DNA from: a bacterium | GTDB taxonomy: Bacteria > Oederibacteriota > JAAXVQ01 > JAUVAV01 | Length of the DNA: 64,000 bases | NCBI GenBank assembly: GCA_021108215.1 | Contig: JAIORK010000036.1 | Coordinates: 22,948 to 86,947, forward strand | Reading direction: 5' to 3' | Part shown: positions 25,920 through 37,000 of the stretch, piece by piece | Numbering within the stretch: the stretch's first letter is position 1 | Layout: each line of letters begins with the position of its first letter | Notes under the pieces: model-generated | The model's database searches: none | What the model was told of the DNA's origin: nothing | What the model saw: only the letters and a program-made list of their open reading frames with translations | Position numbers and translations under genes: made by a program

Positions 25920-26048
25920 AGTACCTCCAGGCATTTTTGTGCAACAAAAATGCAGAGCATTTGAGAGAAGAAAACAGAAAACAGTTCAACACACTCAAAT
26001 GTGGTCTATTCTCAACTTTCTATTGCTCTGCGTACGTTTTATAATAAC

Positions 26049-26092
26049 AAAACCCGAAAAAAGGTTTCCAGTTTCACCCTTTCTCGGGTTTT
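26049..26092. terminator. hairpin terminator downstream of the bactofilin gene
   Basis: AAAACCCGAAAAAAGG...CCCTTTCTCGGGTTTT imperfect inverted repeat with T/A runs on both sides. Confidence 0.5.
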
Positions 26093-26139
26093 CAATGTCA
26101 CTTTTGAATAATATCCGTTGCCATACAAAAAAATCTATG

Positions 26140-26520
26140 TCAACGCTTCTTGGCAGGGTCGTACTTGGTCTCCGGCTCAAATTTTTCAAATCCCATATCA
26201 CAATTGCCCTTAAAAATAACGCCCTCGGCAATGGCCAGACGGGGAGTATGAATATCACCCTGGAGCTGACCGGCCGGCATGATTTCCAAGCGCTTGGCAG
26301 CCGAAACATTGCCGGTTATTTTTCCGGAAAGTAAAACCGTCTTGGCGGTAATATTTCCCTTGATCAAACCTTTCTCGCCCACAATGACGCCCTCTTCGCT
26401 GCTGACATTTCCCTCAACCTTGCCGTCAATGCGAACTGTACCTTTGGCATTAATCTGCCCTTTAAACTCTGAACCGGCGCCCAAAATAGTATCAACGCCT
26501 CTGCTTTTTTCTTCTGCCAT
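26140..26520 (-). CDS. bactofilin (polymer-forming cytoskeletal protein)
   Basis: DUF583-type beta-helical repeats (GTVRIDGKVEGNVSSEEGVIVGEKGLIKGNITAKTVLLSGKITGNV...). Confidence 0.85.
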   Translation of the reverse strand: MAEEKSRGVDTILGAGSEFKGQINAKGTVRIDGKVEGNVSSEEGVIVGEKGLIKGNITAKTVLLSGKITGNVSAAKRLEIMPAGQLQGDIHTPRLAIAEGVIFKGNCDMGFEKFEPETKYDPAKKR

Positions 26521-26541
26521 GTCGTTTATCTCCGATAGGTA

Positions 26542-27444
26542 TTATTGTTTTATATATTTTAGGGGATCAACCGGAATGCCATTGACGCGAATTTCATAGT
26601 GAAGATGAGCTGCCGTAGAACGGCCGGTATTTCCGACAAATCCAATCACCTGGCCGCGCCGGACACGCTGCCCGATATTCACCAATTGGCGCTGAAGATG
26701 CGCATAACGGGTGGAAAAACCATATCCATGATCAACCACGATCAGTTTACCATAGCCGCCTTCCCATCCCACATACGTTACCACACCGTCAGCCGGCGCT
26801 TTGATCGAGGTTCCTGCCTCATTGGCAATATCCAGACCGTGGTGCATGGTCGTACCTTCAAAAAACGGTGAATTGCGCATTCCGAAACGGGAGGTGATCC
26901 AGCCCCGAATCGGCCAGTCTGTGGGTTTTGAAGCCAGCAAGGACCGCTGGGTCGCTATATATTTTTTTAATTCCTGATAACTTTGCATTCTTTCACGCGC
27001 ATTTTGTTTAAGAAATGTAAGGGATTTTGCAAATTCATTGGGCGTCAGGGTTGATTTGCTGTTCAAGGCCTTCATAAGATTAACCTGGTCCACCGGTGAA
27101 GGCCCCCCCTCGCCGGTATATTTAAGCAGATTTTTTTTATTCTTCATTTTTAACATAGCGCGTAATTCATCTTCGATTTTAACCACACGCTGAAAAGCTT
27201 CATGTGTACTGGCCAATTCCTGTATAAAATAAGCATTTTTTTCAACCAATTGGATATTGGCCCGGCGTGTCAATTCATAACCCACATGGCGGGTCATGAT
27301 GAAAGAAGAGACGCCTACCGTGGTCAGCCCCAAAAACCCAACCAGCAAGAGAATTGCCGTTGATATTTTAAACGAAAATATTTTCCGCTCATCATGGGGG
27401 ATCAACATCAGTGTTACAAAGTTGTCTTTTTTCTTTTTTGCCAT
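26542..27444 (-). CDS. membrane-anchored M23 (LytM-type) metallopeptidase
   Basis: N-terminal TM helix, coiled-coil region, HHGLDIA and GNTGRSTAAHLHYEIRVNG zinc-site motifs. Confidence 0.88.
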   Translation of the reverse strand: MAKKKKDNFVTLMLIPHDERKIFSFKISTAILLLVGFLGLTTVGVSSFIMTRHVGYELTRRANIQLVEKNAYFIQELASTHEAFQRVVKIEDELRAMLKMKNKKNLLKYTGEGGPSPVDQVNLMKALNSKSTLTPNEFAKSLTFLKQNARERMQSYQELKKYIATQRSLLASKPTDWPIRGWITSRFGMRNSPFFEGTTMHHGLDIANEAGTSIKAPADGVVTYVGWEGGYGKLIVVDHGYGFSTRYAHLQRQLVNIGQRVRRGQVIGFVGNTGRSTAAHLHYEIRVNGIPVDPLKYIKQ

Positions 27445-27563
27445 AAGTAGTCACCTATTATAGTAACGGTCGTTAGCGCTAATCTTTAATATACCAATTT
27501 TAAAAAAAGCTGTCAATTATTTTGTTAGGATTGAGGTCTCTTACAAAATACACGAAAAAACGG

Positions 27564-28433
27564 TCATCCCAGCAAAGCTAAAATTCTATCTAAATCTTCG
27601 AGCGAATAATACTCAATCTCAATTTTGCCTTTTTGACCACTCCGCGGCATCACCTTGACTTGGGTGCCTAATTTCCGTCTTAATTCTTCTTCCAACTGGC
27701 GCGTATGCGGGTCCTTGACATCACCACGTCCCACCCGTTTATGCTTCACCGCCTTTTCAGGGCGTATTCCCTGCGCAAGACGCTCCGCCTCGCGAACCGA
27801 GAGACTATCCCGAACAATTTTCTCAGCCAACCGTTCCAACATACTCTCGTCAGTTATTGTCAATAAAGCGCGGGCATGTCCTTCGCTGATGCGGCTTTTC
27901 TTAACCAGTTCCTGAACAGACTGGGGAAGTTTGAGCAGGCGCAGGGTGTTGGCAACTGAAGACCGGTCTTTACCGACCCGCTTGGCCATGTCTTCCTGAG
28001 TAAGACTGAATTTTGTCATCAACTGATGATAAGCCAGTGCCGCTTCAATGGCGTTCAGATTCGAACGCTGAATATTTTCTATCAGGGCAATTTCCAGGCA
28101 TTCGGTATCATCAACCTCGCGGACAATCACCGGAATTTGCGACAGCCCGGCCAGCTTGGCCGCGCGGAAGCGACGTTCTCCCGCCACCAGCTCAAACTTC
28201 CCATCCTGCCGGGGACGAACCATGACAGGCTGAACAATGCCCTTTTCCTTGATCGAAGCGGACAACTCATCGAGTTCCTTGGGATCAAATTCCAGCCGGG
28301 GTTGAAATGGATTGGGAAAAATATTCTCGATCGTGATCTCAGCCGGCATGGCATACGTAGAAGGCGCGTTTTCAATATTCCCTTGCATGGGAATCAGTGC
28401 TTCCAAACCTTTTCCGAGTGCTTGTCTACTCAT
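27564..28433 (-). CDS. parB: chromosome partitioning protein ParB/Spo0J
   Basis: LGKGLEALIP, GERRFRAAKLAG and an HTH region. Confidence 0.92.
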   Translation of the reverse strand: MSRQALGKGLEALIPMQGNIENAPSTYAMPAEITIENIFPNPFQPRLEFDPKELDELSASIKEKGIVQPVMVRPRQDGKFELVAGERRFRAAKLAGLSQIPVIVREVDDTECLEIALIENIQRSNLNAIEAALAYHQLMTKFSLTQEDMAKRVGKDRSSVANTLRLLKLPQSVQELVKKSRISEGHARALLTITDESMLERLAEKIVRDSLSVREAERLAQGIRPEKAVKHKRVGRGDVKDPHTRQLEEELRRKLGTQVKVMPRSGQKGKIEIEYYSLEDLDRILALLG

Positions 28434-28572
28434 CGCGAAATGCCCCTTTACGCTAAATTTGATGATCCTGCTGTGAAAGTGCAGCCCGAAATCATATCCG
28501 AAAAACAGTCATCCATCAAGTAAATATCGCATGAAAAATCACATGCCCTGCCCGCCAGAAGAGGTTGTCTCC

Positions 28573-29403
28573 TTAACCCTGAAGACTGGTTTGTGTGGTG
28601 TTGGAATTGTCGGCACTGACCGCGACTGATTCCGTCGTCGGCTGATTGCGCGCGATGATCTCCTCCGCCAGTTGGATATAGGCAACCGATCCACTACACT
28701 TGCTGTCGTACTGCATGATCGGTTTACCAAAACTGGGTGCTTCGGAAAGTTTAACATTGCGCGGAATAATCGTGTCGTAGACTTTATTTTGAAAACGCTT
28801 TTTAATCTCCTGCATAACCTGGACCGTTAAATTAGTCCTTAAGTCACACATGGTCAGGACCACACCCTCGATCCGCAAATCCGGATTCAGCCCGTTTTTC
28901 ACCAAAATGATGGTACGCAACAACTGCCCCACACCATCCAGCGCGTAAAATTCCCCCTGAATGGGAATCAAAACGGTCTCGGCGGCAGTGAGTGTATTTA
29001 ATGTCAGCAATCCCAGGGAAGGCGGGCAATCGATAAAAATAAAATCAAATGAATCACGCAGCGGGGCAATCCCCTGGCGGAGTTTGGTTTCGCGGGCAAT
29101 CACATTGACCAGCTCAATTTCAGCACCGGACAGTTGAATATTGGCCGGTGCCAAATAAAAATTCTCCGTCTCGGTCTTGATAATAACATCAGCCATGGAT
29201 TGGTTTCCGATCAGAACATCATAAATACTTTTTTCCAGCTTTTCTTTGTCAAATCCCAATCCAACGGTCGAATTTCCCTGGGGATCAATATCAATTAACA
29301 AAACTTTCTTTCCCAAGGTTGCCAACCCGGCACATAAATTAATCGAGGTTGTGGTTTTACCCACACCGCCTTTTTGATTAACAATCGCAATAACTTTTCC
29401 CAT
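28573..29403 (-). CDS. parA: chromosome partitioning ATPase ParA/Soj
   Basis: Deviant Walker A NQKGGVGKTTT. Immediately upstream of parB. Confidence 0.92.
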   Translation of the reverse strand: MGKVIAIVNQKGGVGKTTTSINLCAGLATLGKKVLLIDIDPQGNSTVGLGFDKEKLEKSIYDVLIGNQSMADVIIKTETENFYLAPANIQLSGAEIELVNVIARETKLRQGIAPLRDSFDFIFIDCPPSLGLLTLNTLTAAETVLIPIQGEFYALDGVGQLLRTIILVKNGLNPDLRIEGVVLTMCDLRTNLTVQVMQEIKKRFQNKVYDTIIPRNVKLSEAPSFGKPIMQYDSKCSGSVAYIQLAEEIIARNQPTTESVAVSADNSNTTQTSLQG

Positions 29404-29464
29404 TACAATCCTAATGTTCTAATTTTTTTAATATCAGCCTTCCGGATTCCCCGGCTGTAAAAGT

Positions 29465-29830
29465 TTAAAGCAGTTTGGCTATTTCCTCGCCCAATTGAAA
29501 CGGATCAAAGGGCTTGGTAAAATAACCGGCCGCGCCGACTTCCTTGCCCCGTTCAAAATCATCGTCATTGTTGCGCACGGTGAGAAAAACCACCGGAATA
29601 TCTTTTAAATCCTTGTTTTGTTTAATTCGGCGGCAGACTTCAAAACCATCCAGATCCGGCATCATCACATCCAATAAAATAAGATCAGGTCTGAATGTTT
29701 CCAAAATTTCCAATGCCTGATAACCCGAACCCGCTGGTGTGACTTCAAATGTCTTCATATCCAGGCTGCGATGAATCAGCATACTGATGTCTTCTTCATC
29801 TTCAACCACGAGAATGCGTTTAGCGGCCAT
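29465..29830 (-). CDS. single-domain response regulator (CheY-like receiver)
   Basis: ILVVEDE...DLILLDVMMPDLDG...KP motifs. Start set at the ATG with GGAG 9 nt upstream. Confidence 0.88.
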   Translation of the reverse strand: MAAKRILVVEDEEDISMLIHRSLDMKTFEVTPAGSGYQALEILETFRPDLILLDVMMPDLDGFEVCRRIKQNKDLKDIPVVFLTVRNNDDDFERGKEVGAAGYFTKPFDPFQLGEEIAKLL

Positions 29831-29946
29831 GTGCATGAACTCCTGAAATTATCGTGCAAACGTAAAGTATAGCATAATTTGAATTTTCGCAAGCAGCAAT
29901 TTTAATAAAAGCACCCCGGCTATAACATCGCAGCTTCATCACCGGA

Positions 29947-29989
29947 CCCGCACAACCCCCTGCCCATTCCGGGCAGGGGGTTGTGCGGG
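29947..29989. repeat. perfect 19-bp GC-rich hairpin (REP-like)
   Basis: CCCGCACAACCCCCTGCCC-ATTCC-GGGCAGGGGGTTGTGCGGG in a divergent intergenic region. Confidence 0.7.
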
Positions 29990-30072
29990 AATACTTCAAA
30001 AAATAATGATTTTTTTAGCATGATTTCACTTAAAAATGAGTCAAACCCTAAAAAAGCCAAAGGAGTCTTCCC

Positions 30073-31629
30073 ATGTATTCACAGGTCTATAGCAGCGCCC
30101 TCTGGGGCATCTCAGCCAAACCCGTCCGGGTGGAAATCGATGTCAGCCGCGGATTACCGGGATTTTGTATTGTCGGTCTCCCGGATACCGCAGTCAAGGA
30201 AAGCCGCGACCGCGTTGTCGCCGCCTTGAAAAATTCGCAGCTTGATTTACCGCCGCGCCGTATCACGGTCAACTTAGCCCCGGCGCATCTCCGTAAAGAA
30301 GGTCCGGCATACGATCTCCCGATTGCTTTGGCCTTGTTGGGTGCCTTGGGACAAATCCCGCTGCCGGCGCTGGAAGAACACCTCATCTTCGGTGAACTCT
30401 CCTTGGACGGCCGGGTCTGTCCGGTGCGCGGTGCGCTCTCGCTTATTTCCGCAACGCAGTCAGCCCGCTTGTCGAAGGTCATGCTTCCCCGGGGCAATGC
30501 CCCGGAAGCCGGTGTCCTTGAACATCTTACTATTTTCCCCATGGATACACTGCTGGATGCGGTTGACTATCTTTCCGGAAGAACCACCCCTACACCCTTC
30601 ACGGTCAATACCGCGCAACTTTTCCAGAACGCCAATCAGTACACCGTGGATTTTTCAGAAGTCCGCAGCCAGGCGCATGCCAAACGCGCTTTGGAGGTCG
30701 CAGCGTGCGGGGGACACAACGTACTGATGATCGGTCCCCCTGGCAGCGGCAAGACTATGCTCACCCAGCGCCTGCCTACCATCCTGCCGGAACTGACGCT
30801 TCCGGAGGCACTGGAAACCACCCGCATTTATAGTATTAGCGGTCTGCTCTCTCACGAGCATACCCTGATGACTTCACGCCCCTTTCGTTCCCCCCATCAT
30901 ACTGTCAGCGATGTCGCCTTAATCGGCGGCGGCACTTTCCCGCGACCGGGCGAGGTTTCATTGGCACACAATGGTGTTCTGTTCTTAGATGAGCTCTCGG
31001 AGTTCTCAAAAAATGCCCTGGAAGTACTCCGGCAGCCGCTGGAAAACCAGGAAGTCACCATCTCCCGTACTGCGGCGGCAATTACCTATCCTGCCCGCTT
31101 CATGTTGATCGCGGCCATGAATCCCTGTCCCTGCGGTTTTTTCACAGACCCGGCCAAAGAGTGTCTTTGCACACCGACACAGATTCAGCGCTATCTCGGA
31201 AAAATTTCCGGACCTCTGCTTGACCGTTTTGATATCCATCTTGAAGTCCCGGCAGTTAAATACCAAGAGCTTGCCGGTACACAGGATCCCGAACCTTCTC
31301 AGATAATTCGCGAACGGGTTGTACAGGGACGAAAAAACCAGAAACAACGTTTCCAGGAACTGCCCGGACTTTATTTGAATTCCCAACTCAGTCCCCGCCT
31401 GATGCGGCACTATTGCCGTCTGGGAAGCGAGAGCCATGCCCTGCTCAAAAACGCCATTGAGCACCTCAATCTCTCCGCCCGTGCCTATCACCGGGTCATC
31501 AAGGTGGCGCGTACCATTGCCGATCTGGAGGGGTCCGCCGATATTTTGCCGGAGTATGTGGGTGAGGCTATCCAGTACCGGACATTGGACAAACGCTATT
31601 GGGGGCAGATGCATACCGCAATGCGCTAA
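30073..31629 (+). CDS. comM: YifB/ComM-family Mg-chelatase-like AAA+ ATPase
   Basis: N-terminal Lon-like domain. Walker A GPPGSGKT, Walker B VLFLDE, C-terminal ChlI-type region. Confidence 0.9.
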   Translation: MYSQVYSSALWGISAKPVRVEIDVSRGLPGFCIVGLPDTAVKESRDRVVAALKNSQLDLPPRRITVNLAPAHLRKEGPAYDLPIALALLGALGQIPLPALEEHLIFGELSLDGRVCPVRGALSLISATQSARLSKVMLPRGNAPEAGVLEHLTIFPMDTLLDAVDYLSGRTTPTPFTVNTAQLFQNANQYTVDFSEVRSQAHAKRALEVAACGGHNVLMIGPPGSGKTMLTQRLPTILPELTLPEALETTRIYSISGLLSHEHTLMTSRPFRSPHHTVSDVALIGGGTFPRPGEVSLAHNGVLFLDELSEFSKNALEVLRQPLENQEVTISRTAAAITYPARFMLIAAMNPCPCGFFTDPAKECLCTPTQIQRYLGKISGPLLDRFDIHLEVPAVKYQELAGTQDPEPSQIIRERVVQGRKNQKQRFQELPGLYLNSQLSPRLMRHYCRLGSESHALLKNAIEHLNLSARAYHRVIKVARTIADLEGSADILPEYVGEAIQYRTLDKRYWGQMHTAMR

Positions 31630-31704
31630 AAAAAGCATTTTATTGACACTCGCAGCACACTCCTCTATATTAAAAGGACTTTGTTCTTTGCCGGGAGGCT
31701 TTAC

Positions 31705-33984
31705 GTGAATGCTTTGACTGCCCAAACATCTTCGGATACCAAAATTATAAAAATCTGTGACCGCCTCAATGAAATCCTGATCGCTCTGGTGATTCTGCTT
31801 ATTCCAACTTTTTTCATTATTTTAACCCGTGACCAATTCGAACTGCCTAAACTGACTATTTTCCGCATCCTAACCTGCTTTATGCTGGGAACCTGGGGTG
31901 TCCGGATCGTGGCCGCCAGAAAGATCCATTTCCGCAAAACACCACTCGATATTCCCATCCTGGTCTGGGCTGCTCTGCAAATCGTCACCACCTTTATTTC
32001 CGTCTCCGGATATGTATCTTACCGCGGAGAGTACGAAAATTTCCGCGGTTTAATCACCGTCCTCAATTATGCTGTTTTATACTTTGTGGCTGTCAATTTT
32101 ATCCGGACCCGCGAACAAATCAACCGCATGCTTTTCATCATTTTGTTTACCGGCCTATTGGTGACCGCTTACGGAATTGCGCAATTTTTCGGTATGGATT
32201 TTATTGCCTGGAATCCGACTTCCGTCGCGCCGGGCCGCTACTTTGCCTCTCTGGGAAACCCCAATTTTCTGGCAGCCTACCTGGCCATGATCATGCCATT
32301 AATCGTCATTTTCTTTATTGAAAGCACTTCGCGTTTTCGCCGAATCCTGCTGTTTGTAAGCTTCATTGTTATGTTCACGGCCTTGATGGGGACATGGAGT
32401 CGCGGCGGTTTTTTAGGTCTGCTGGGTGCTTTAGATGTGATCATTCTTTTTGGCGTGGTACGAGCGTTCCGTGCCCTCCAGACGCAATCCGCCAACCGGC
32501 AAGCCAACATCGGTACGCTCATCAAAGAATGGATTGATGCGCACAAAATGCTGAGTATGACAATGGCTGCCGCCCTCATCCTTCTGATAAGTATTTCAGC
32601 CACTTTTGGCCGGGCGCATATGCTGCGCATGGCCGATACCGTTATCCATATCAAAGATGCCGTGACCGTCTCGCGGCTGCATATCTGGGGGCCGGCGCTG
32701 GGTATGATTAAGGAAAATCCAATTTTGGGAAGCGGGCTGGATACCTTCAAAACCGTCTTTCCACGCTATGCCACACCTAAATTTGCTGCGATCGATGGTG
32801 CCAATGTTTCTTCCCGTACAGCTCACAATGAAATTCTACAAGTACTTGCAACCCAGGGATTTGTTGGATTGCTTATCGTCACCTGGCTAACGGTGATGCT
32901 CCTGATCAATTGGTGGAAAGCCTATCAGCGAAGCCGGGAACGTTGGCAAGACCGCCTTGTTTTAGTCGGCATGGCAGCAAGCTGGACAGCCTATTCCATC
33001 CAAAATCTTTTCTCTTTCGGGGTGGTGGCCATTGATTCACTCTATTGGCTGATGATTGCCGTTATTATTCTGCTCGGTGAGTCACCAAAAAAGCAGACCG
33101 CACTGGCACCTTCTCAAATTCCGGAAGAAAATCCCAACACTTTTTTTTCGCGCTTGGCACCCTTGCGTGTTGTGGTCATTCTGGCCATGCTGGGACTGGC
33201 CGGTTTCGGCTCCTGGCAAGTTCTCAAAACCGCATTGGCTGACTATGCCTACAATCTGGGGACCATCTATCGCTTGCGCAGTATGTGGGACCATTGTATT
33301 GTCGCCTTCACCCGCGCACATACCCTTTCTCCCACGGAAGTCAAATATGCCGTCTATCAAGGCCTGGCCTATGAAGAGAAAGCCAAACATGTTGCGCCCG
33401 GGCAGCAACTCCCGCTCATTCTCAAGGCTCTGGAAGCCTATCACCGGGGCGCAAAGATGAACCCCACCAATGCCTACTACTTAGGCAATCTGGGGCGTGC
33501 TTATGCTTTTGCCTCCAACGTGGAACCGACGAATCAAACTTATTCCGATAACTCAATTCGATATTTAAACGAGGCGATTGTTTACGCCCCGGTCACAGTG
33601 CTGTTTTATCAAAACCTTGGGATGACATACTTTGGCCGGCGAAATTATGATGACTTTGTAAAAATTGTTGATAAGCTGGCGGTCTTTAATACGGTCGAAG
33701 CTTCCAAACTGGTTTTCTCTGCAGGTAACCAACTCTACAACATAAATGATTTGGGAGGATGCAAAACGTATTATGGAAAAGCGCTGGAAATCAATCCGGA
33801 CTATGTTGAGGCGCACTTTAATCTGGGGGTAACCCTGGCAAGAATGGGCAGCGAAAAAGAAGCCATCGCACACTGGCAACAGGCATTGGTATTAAAACCC
33901 TCTTTTAGCCCTGCCAAGCAAATGCTGGAGCGGTATCAATCCGATCCTCAAACCATGCCCGGCCGGGTCATCATGAATAAATAA
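31705..33984 (+). CDS. O-antigen ligase/polymerase (Wzy_C)-like membrane protein fused to TPR repeats
   Basis: About 10 TM helices with a WSRGGFLG...AHNEILQVLATQG region, then C-terminal TPR units. The GTG at 31705 is preceded by GGGAGG; the ORF track starts at TTG 31681. Confidence 0.75.
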   Translation: MNALTAQTSSDTKIIKICDRLNEILIALVILLIPTFFIILTRDQFELPKLTIFRILTCFMLGTWGVRIVAARKIHFRKTPLDIPILVWAALQIVTTFISVSGYVSYRGEYENFRGLITVLNYAVLYFVAVNFIRTREQINRMLFIILFTGLLVTAYGIAQFFGMDFIAWNPTSVAPGRYFASLGNPNFLAAYLAMIMPLIVIFFIESTSRFRRILLFVSFIVMFTALMGTWSRGGFLGLLGALDVIILFGVVRAFRALQTQSANRQANIGTLIKEWIDAHKMLSMTMAAALILLISISATFGRAHMLRMADTVIHIKDAVTVSRLHIWGPALGMIKENPILGSGLDTFKTVFPRYATPKFAAIDGANVSSRTAHNEILQVLATQGFVGLLIVTWLTVMLLINWWKAYQRSRERWQDRLVLVGMAASWTAYSIQNLFSFGVVAIDSLYWLMIAVIILLGESPKKQTALAPSQIPEENPNTFFSRLAPLRVVVILAMLGLAGFGSWQVLKTALADYAYNLGTIYRLRSMWDHCIVAFTRAHTLSPTEVKYAVYQGLAYEEKAKHVAPGQQLPLILKALEAYHRGAKMNPTNAYYLGNLGRAYAFASNVEPTNQTYSDNSIRYLNEAIVYAPVTVLFYQNLGMTYFGRRNYDDFVKIVDKLAVFNTVEASKLVFSAGNQLYNINDLGGCKTYYGKALEINPDYVEAHFNLGVTLARMGSEKEAIAHWQQALVLKPSFSPAKQMLERYQSDPQTMPGRVIMNK

Positions 33985-34000
33985 TAAGGGGTTCGTCGCA

Positions 34001-34043
34001 GGGAACGGTTTGAAACCGTTCCCTACAAAATTTACGATACGAT
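34001..34043. repeat. REP-like hairpin plus CTACAA tail; probable bidirectional terminator
   Basis: GGGAACGGTT-TGA-AACCGTTCCC followed by TACAAAATTTACGATACGAT. Same layout as 39779-39821. Confidence 0.6.
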
Positions 34044-34054
34044 GATTTTATTTT

Positions 34055-37000
34055 TTATTTCCCGCGATGAATTCCCTGAATTTTAATCCGGCTGCTATCG
34101 ATCAATCCTGTCAAGGCTTCCAGCAGCGACAATGTAACGGTCACTCCAAAACGTTCCGGCAAAGACTCGATAACCTCACCATGATGCGTGGTTTGCAAAT
34201 GGAGTACCACCGGCACCGGCCCGCTATGTTTCAATAAAATGGATTTCAAAGACTCCAATTGGTCGATCCCGGTGGTCACGGTAATGAGCAAACGGAGTTT
34301 TTTAGTAAGCTGAGAATACGCATGACTCAACGGCACAATATCCGTGGCCACTACCTTACTTTCATCCCCGCTGCGATCAAGCTTGCCCACCACAAACAGC
34401 ATCGCATCCTTGACTAAATAGGTTTTATGCCTCCCCAAAAGATCCGGCCAGACAATCACCTCTACCATCCCTTCACCATCATCCAATGAAAAACGGAGCA
34501 TCGCCTCCTTGCGCTTGGTCATGCTGTGCCGAATCCCGACCACCACACCACCCACCACCAGGGACTGCCCCTCGTTCAATCTGTCAACCTTCAACGTGGT
34601 GGTAGTACGAAATGTCTCCAGCAGTTTTTGAAACTCCTCCAGCGGATGACCGGAAAGATAAAATCCTAAAACCTCTTTTTCATTGGCAAGCCGTTCTTTT
34701 TCCGTCTCAGCCGGAATATTTTTAATCTCCATGGAAATCGTATCATCCAGATGCTCAAACATATTAACCTGTCCCTGGTCTTTTTCCACCTGCCACTTTT
34801 GCGCAGAAGACAACATCTGCGGCATGTTCTGCAAAAGTATGTTACGGGCCTGTTGTGTAAAATCAAAAGCACCGGCTTTGATAAGACTTTCAATCGCCCG
34901 TGCATTCACTGTCTTCACATCCACCCGGTTACAGAAATCCTCAAAAGAAGTAAAAGAATCATTGGCTTCCTGCTCTAAGTGGACCACCTGGGCCGCACCG
35001 GTCCCGACATTTTTTATTGCAGCCAATCCGAAGCGAATGGCATCTTTTTCCACGGCAAATCTGTCCCGGCTTGCATTGACATCCGGCGGCAGGATGGCAA
35101 TCTCCATGCTGCGGCATTCCATCAAGTATTGGGAAACCTTATCCGTGCTCCCCATTTCATTGGAAAGCAACGCAGACATATAGGCCAGAGGAAAATTTGC
35201 TTTTAAATAAGCGGTCTGATATGCCAGAAGCGCATAGGCAAGACTGTGTGATTTATTAAAACCATATTCTCCAAAACGCGCCATATAATCAAAAATTTCC
35301 TCCGCCACCTCCGGTGCGATTTTTTTTGCATGGGCGCCGCTTACAAACCGGTCCCGCTGCTGTTCAATGATTTCCGGATTTTTCTTCCCCATGGCGCGAC
35401 GGAGCAGATCGGATTGTCCGTAGGTAAAACCGCCGATTACCACCGCAATTTGCATCACCTGTTCCTGGTAAACAATGGTTCCATATGTTTCCTTGAGAAT
35501 GGGTTCCAATAGAGGATGGGTATACCGAATCGGCACCCGGCCTTGTTTGCGCATAATATACTCATCAATAATCGCCATGGGACCCGGCCGGTAGAGGGCA
35601 ATCAGCGCACAAATTTCTTCTAAAGAACGCGGTTTTAATCGTTTCAAAAGATCGCGCATCCCGGATGATTCAAGCTGGAAAACACCGGCAGTCCGCCCGG
35701 CACTGAGCAACTCAAAAGTTTTTTCATCTTCCAAAGGAATTTGTTTTATGTCTAATTTTTCATTTGTCTGCCAATACACTTCTTCGAGTGTATCTTCAAT
35801 AATTGTAAGCGTTCGCAACCCTAAAAAATCCATTTTCAACAACCCCAGACGTTCCAATGATTCCATGGCATACTGGGTTGTCAAGGTCGCGTCATCGGTT
35901 GTCCCGTCTTTTATGCTGCCGCGGCCGGCTTTGGTCCGGCAAAGCGGGACCAAGTCCATCAGCGGATCACGCGAAATCACAACGCCGGCCGCGTGGGTGG
36001 ACGCATGCCGCACCTGTCCCTCCAACGCACGTGCCACATCCAGTAATTTCCGGATAGGTTCATCGCCTTGGTATTTTTCACGCAACTCCGGTACCTGCTC
36101 CATGGCACGATCAATGGTTATATCCGGAACTTGCGGAATCAACTTGGCAATACGGTCAACCTTGTCATAGGGAAGGTTCAAAACACGTCCCACATCCCGC
36201 ACCGCAGCCCGGGCAGCCATGGTGCCAAACGTAATGATCTGAGCCACGTTTTCCTGGCCATATTTTTGAGTAACATATCGAATAACGTTTTCCCGTCCGG
36301 TATCGGAAAAATCAACATCAATGTCCGGCATGGAGATTCGCTCCGGATTTAAAAACCTTTCGAAAATAAGCCCATATTTCATGGGATCAATATCAGTGAT
36401 GCCGAGAAGATAGGCTGTCAAAGAGCCTGCTACAGATCCCCTGCCGGGACCTACCGGAATCCCCTGCGTACGTGCATAACTGATAAAATCCCAGACAATA
36501 AGGAAATAAGCGGCATATCCCATTTTCCGGATAACCCCCAGCTCATAGTCCAGTCGTTCATGAACCGCCGGTACAGGGTCCCCAAAACAACGCTGCAATC
36601 CTGCTTGACACAAATGCCCTAAATAAGCATCCAGCGTTCCTGTCTTCTCCTCCTCCGTTTCCTGCGGGAGTTGAGCAATAACGTCGGCCGGGACAGGATA
36701 GTTCGGAAGCTGTATCCTGCCTGTCGGCATTTCCAAATTGCAATGATTGGCAATTTCAGTTGTATGATGGGCCGCTTCAGGTATCTCGTGAAACAAGGAT
36801 TCCATCTCATCGCCGGATTTTAAATAAAATTCCTGAGTGGACATACGCATCCGGTTTTCATCCGTCAAATTTGTCCCGGTCTGCAAACAAAGCAATGCCT
36901 CCTGCGCCAGAGCATCCTCGCGCCGAAGATAGTGAACATCATTGGTTGCCACCAAAGGAATACCCACTTCGCGGGAAAGATCAATCAAACCGCGATTCAC

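Noticed and set aside
27445-30072. A search for parS sites (TGTTTCACGTGAAACA-like) and an oriC-type DnaA-box cluster near parAB.
   Set aside because: No parS-like palindrome was found by eye in or around parAB. The only perfect TTATCCACA seen (49378-49386) is isolated inside a coding region. No origin call is justified.
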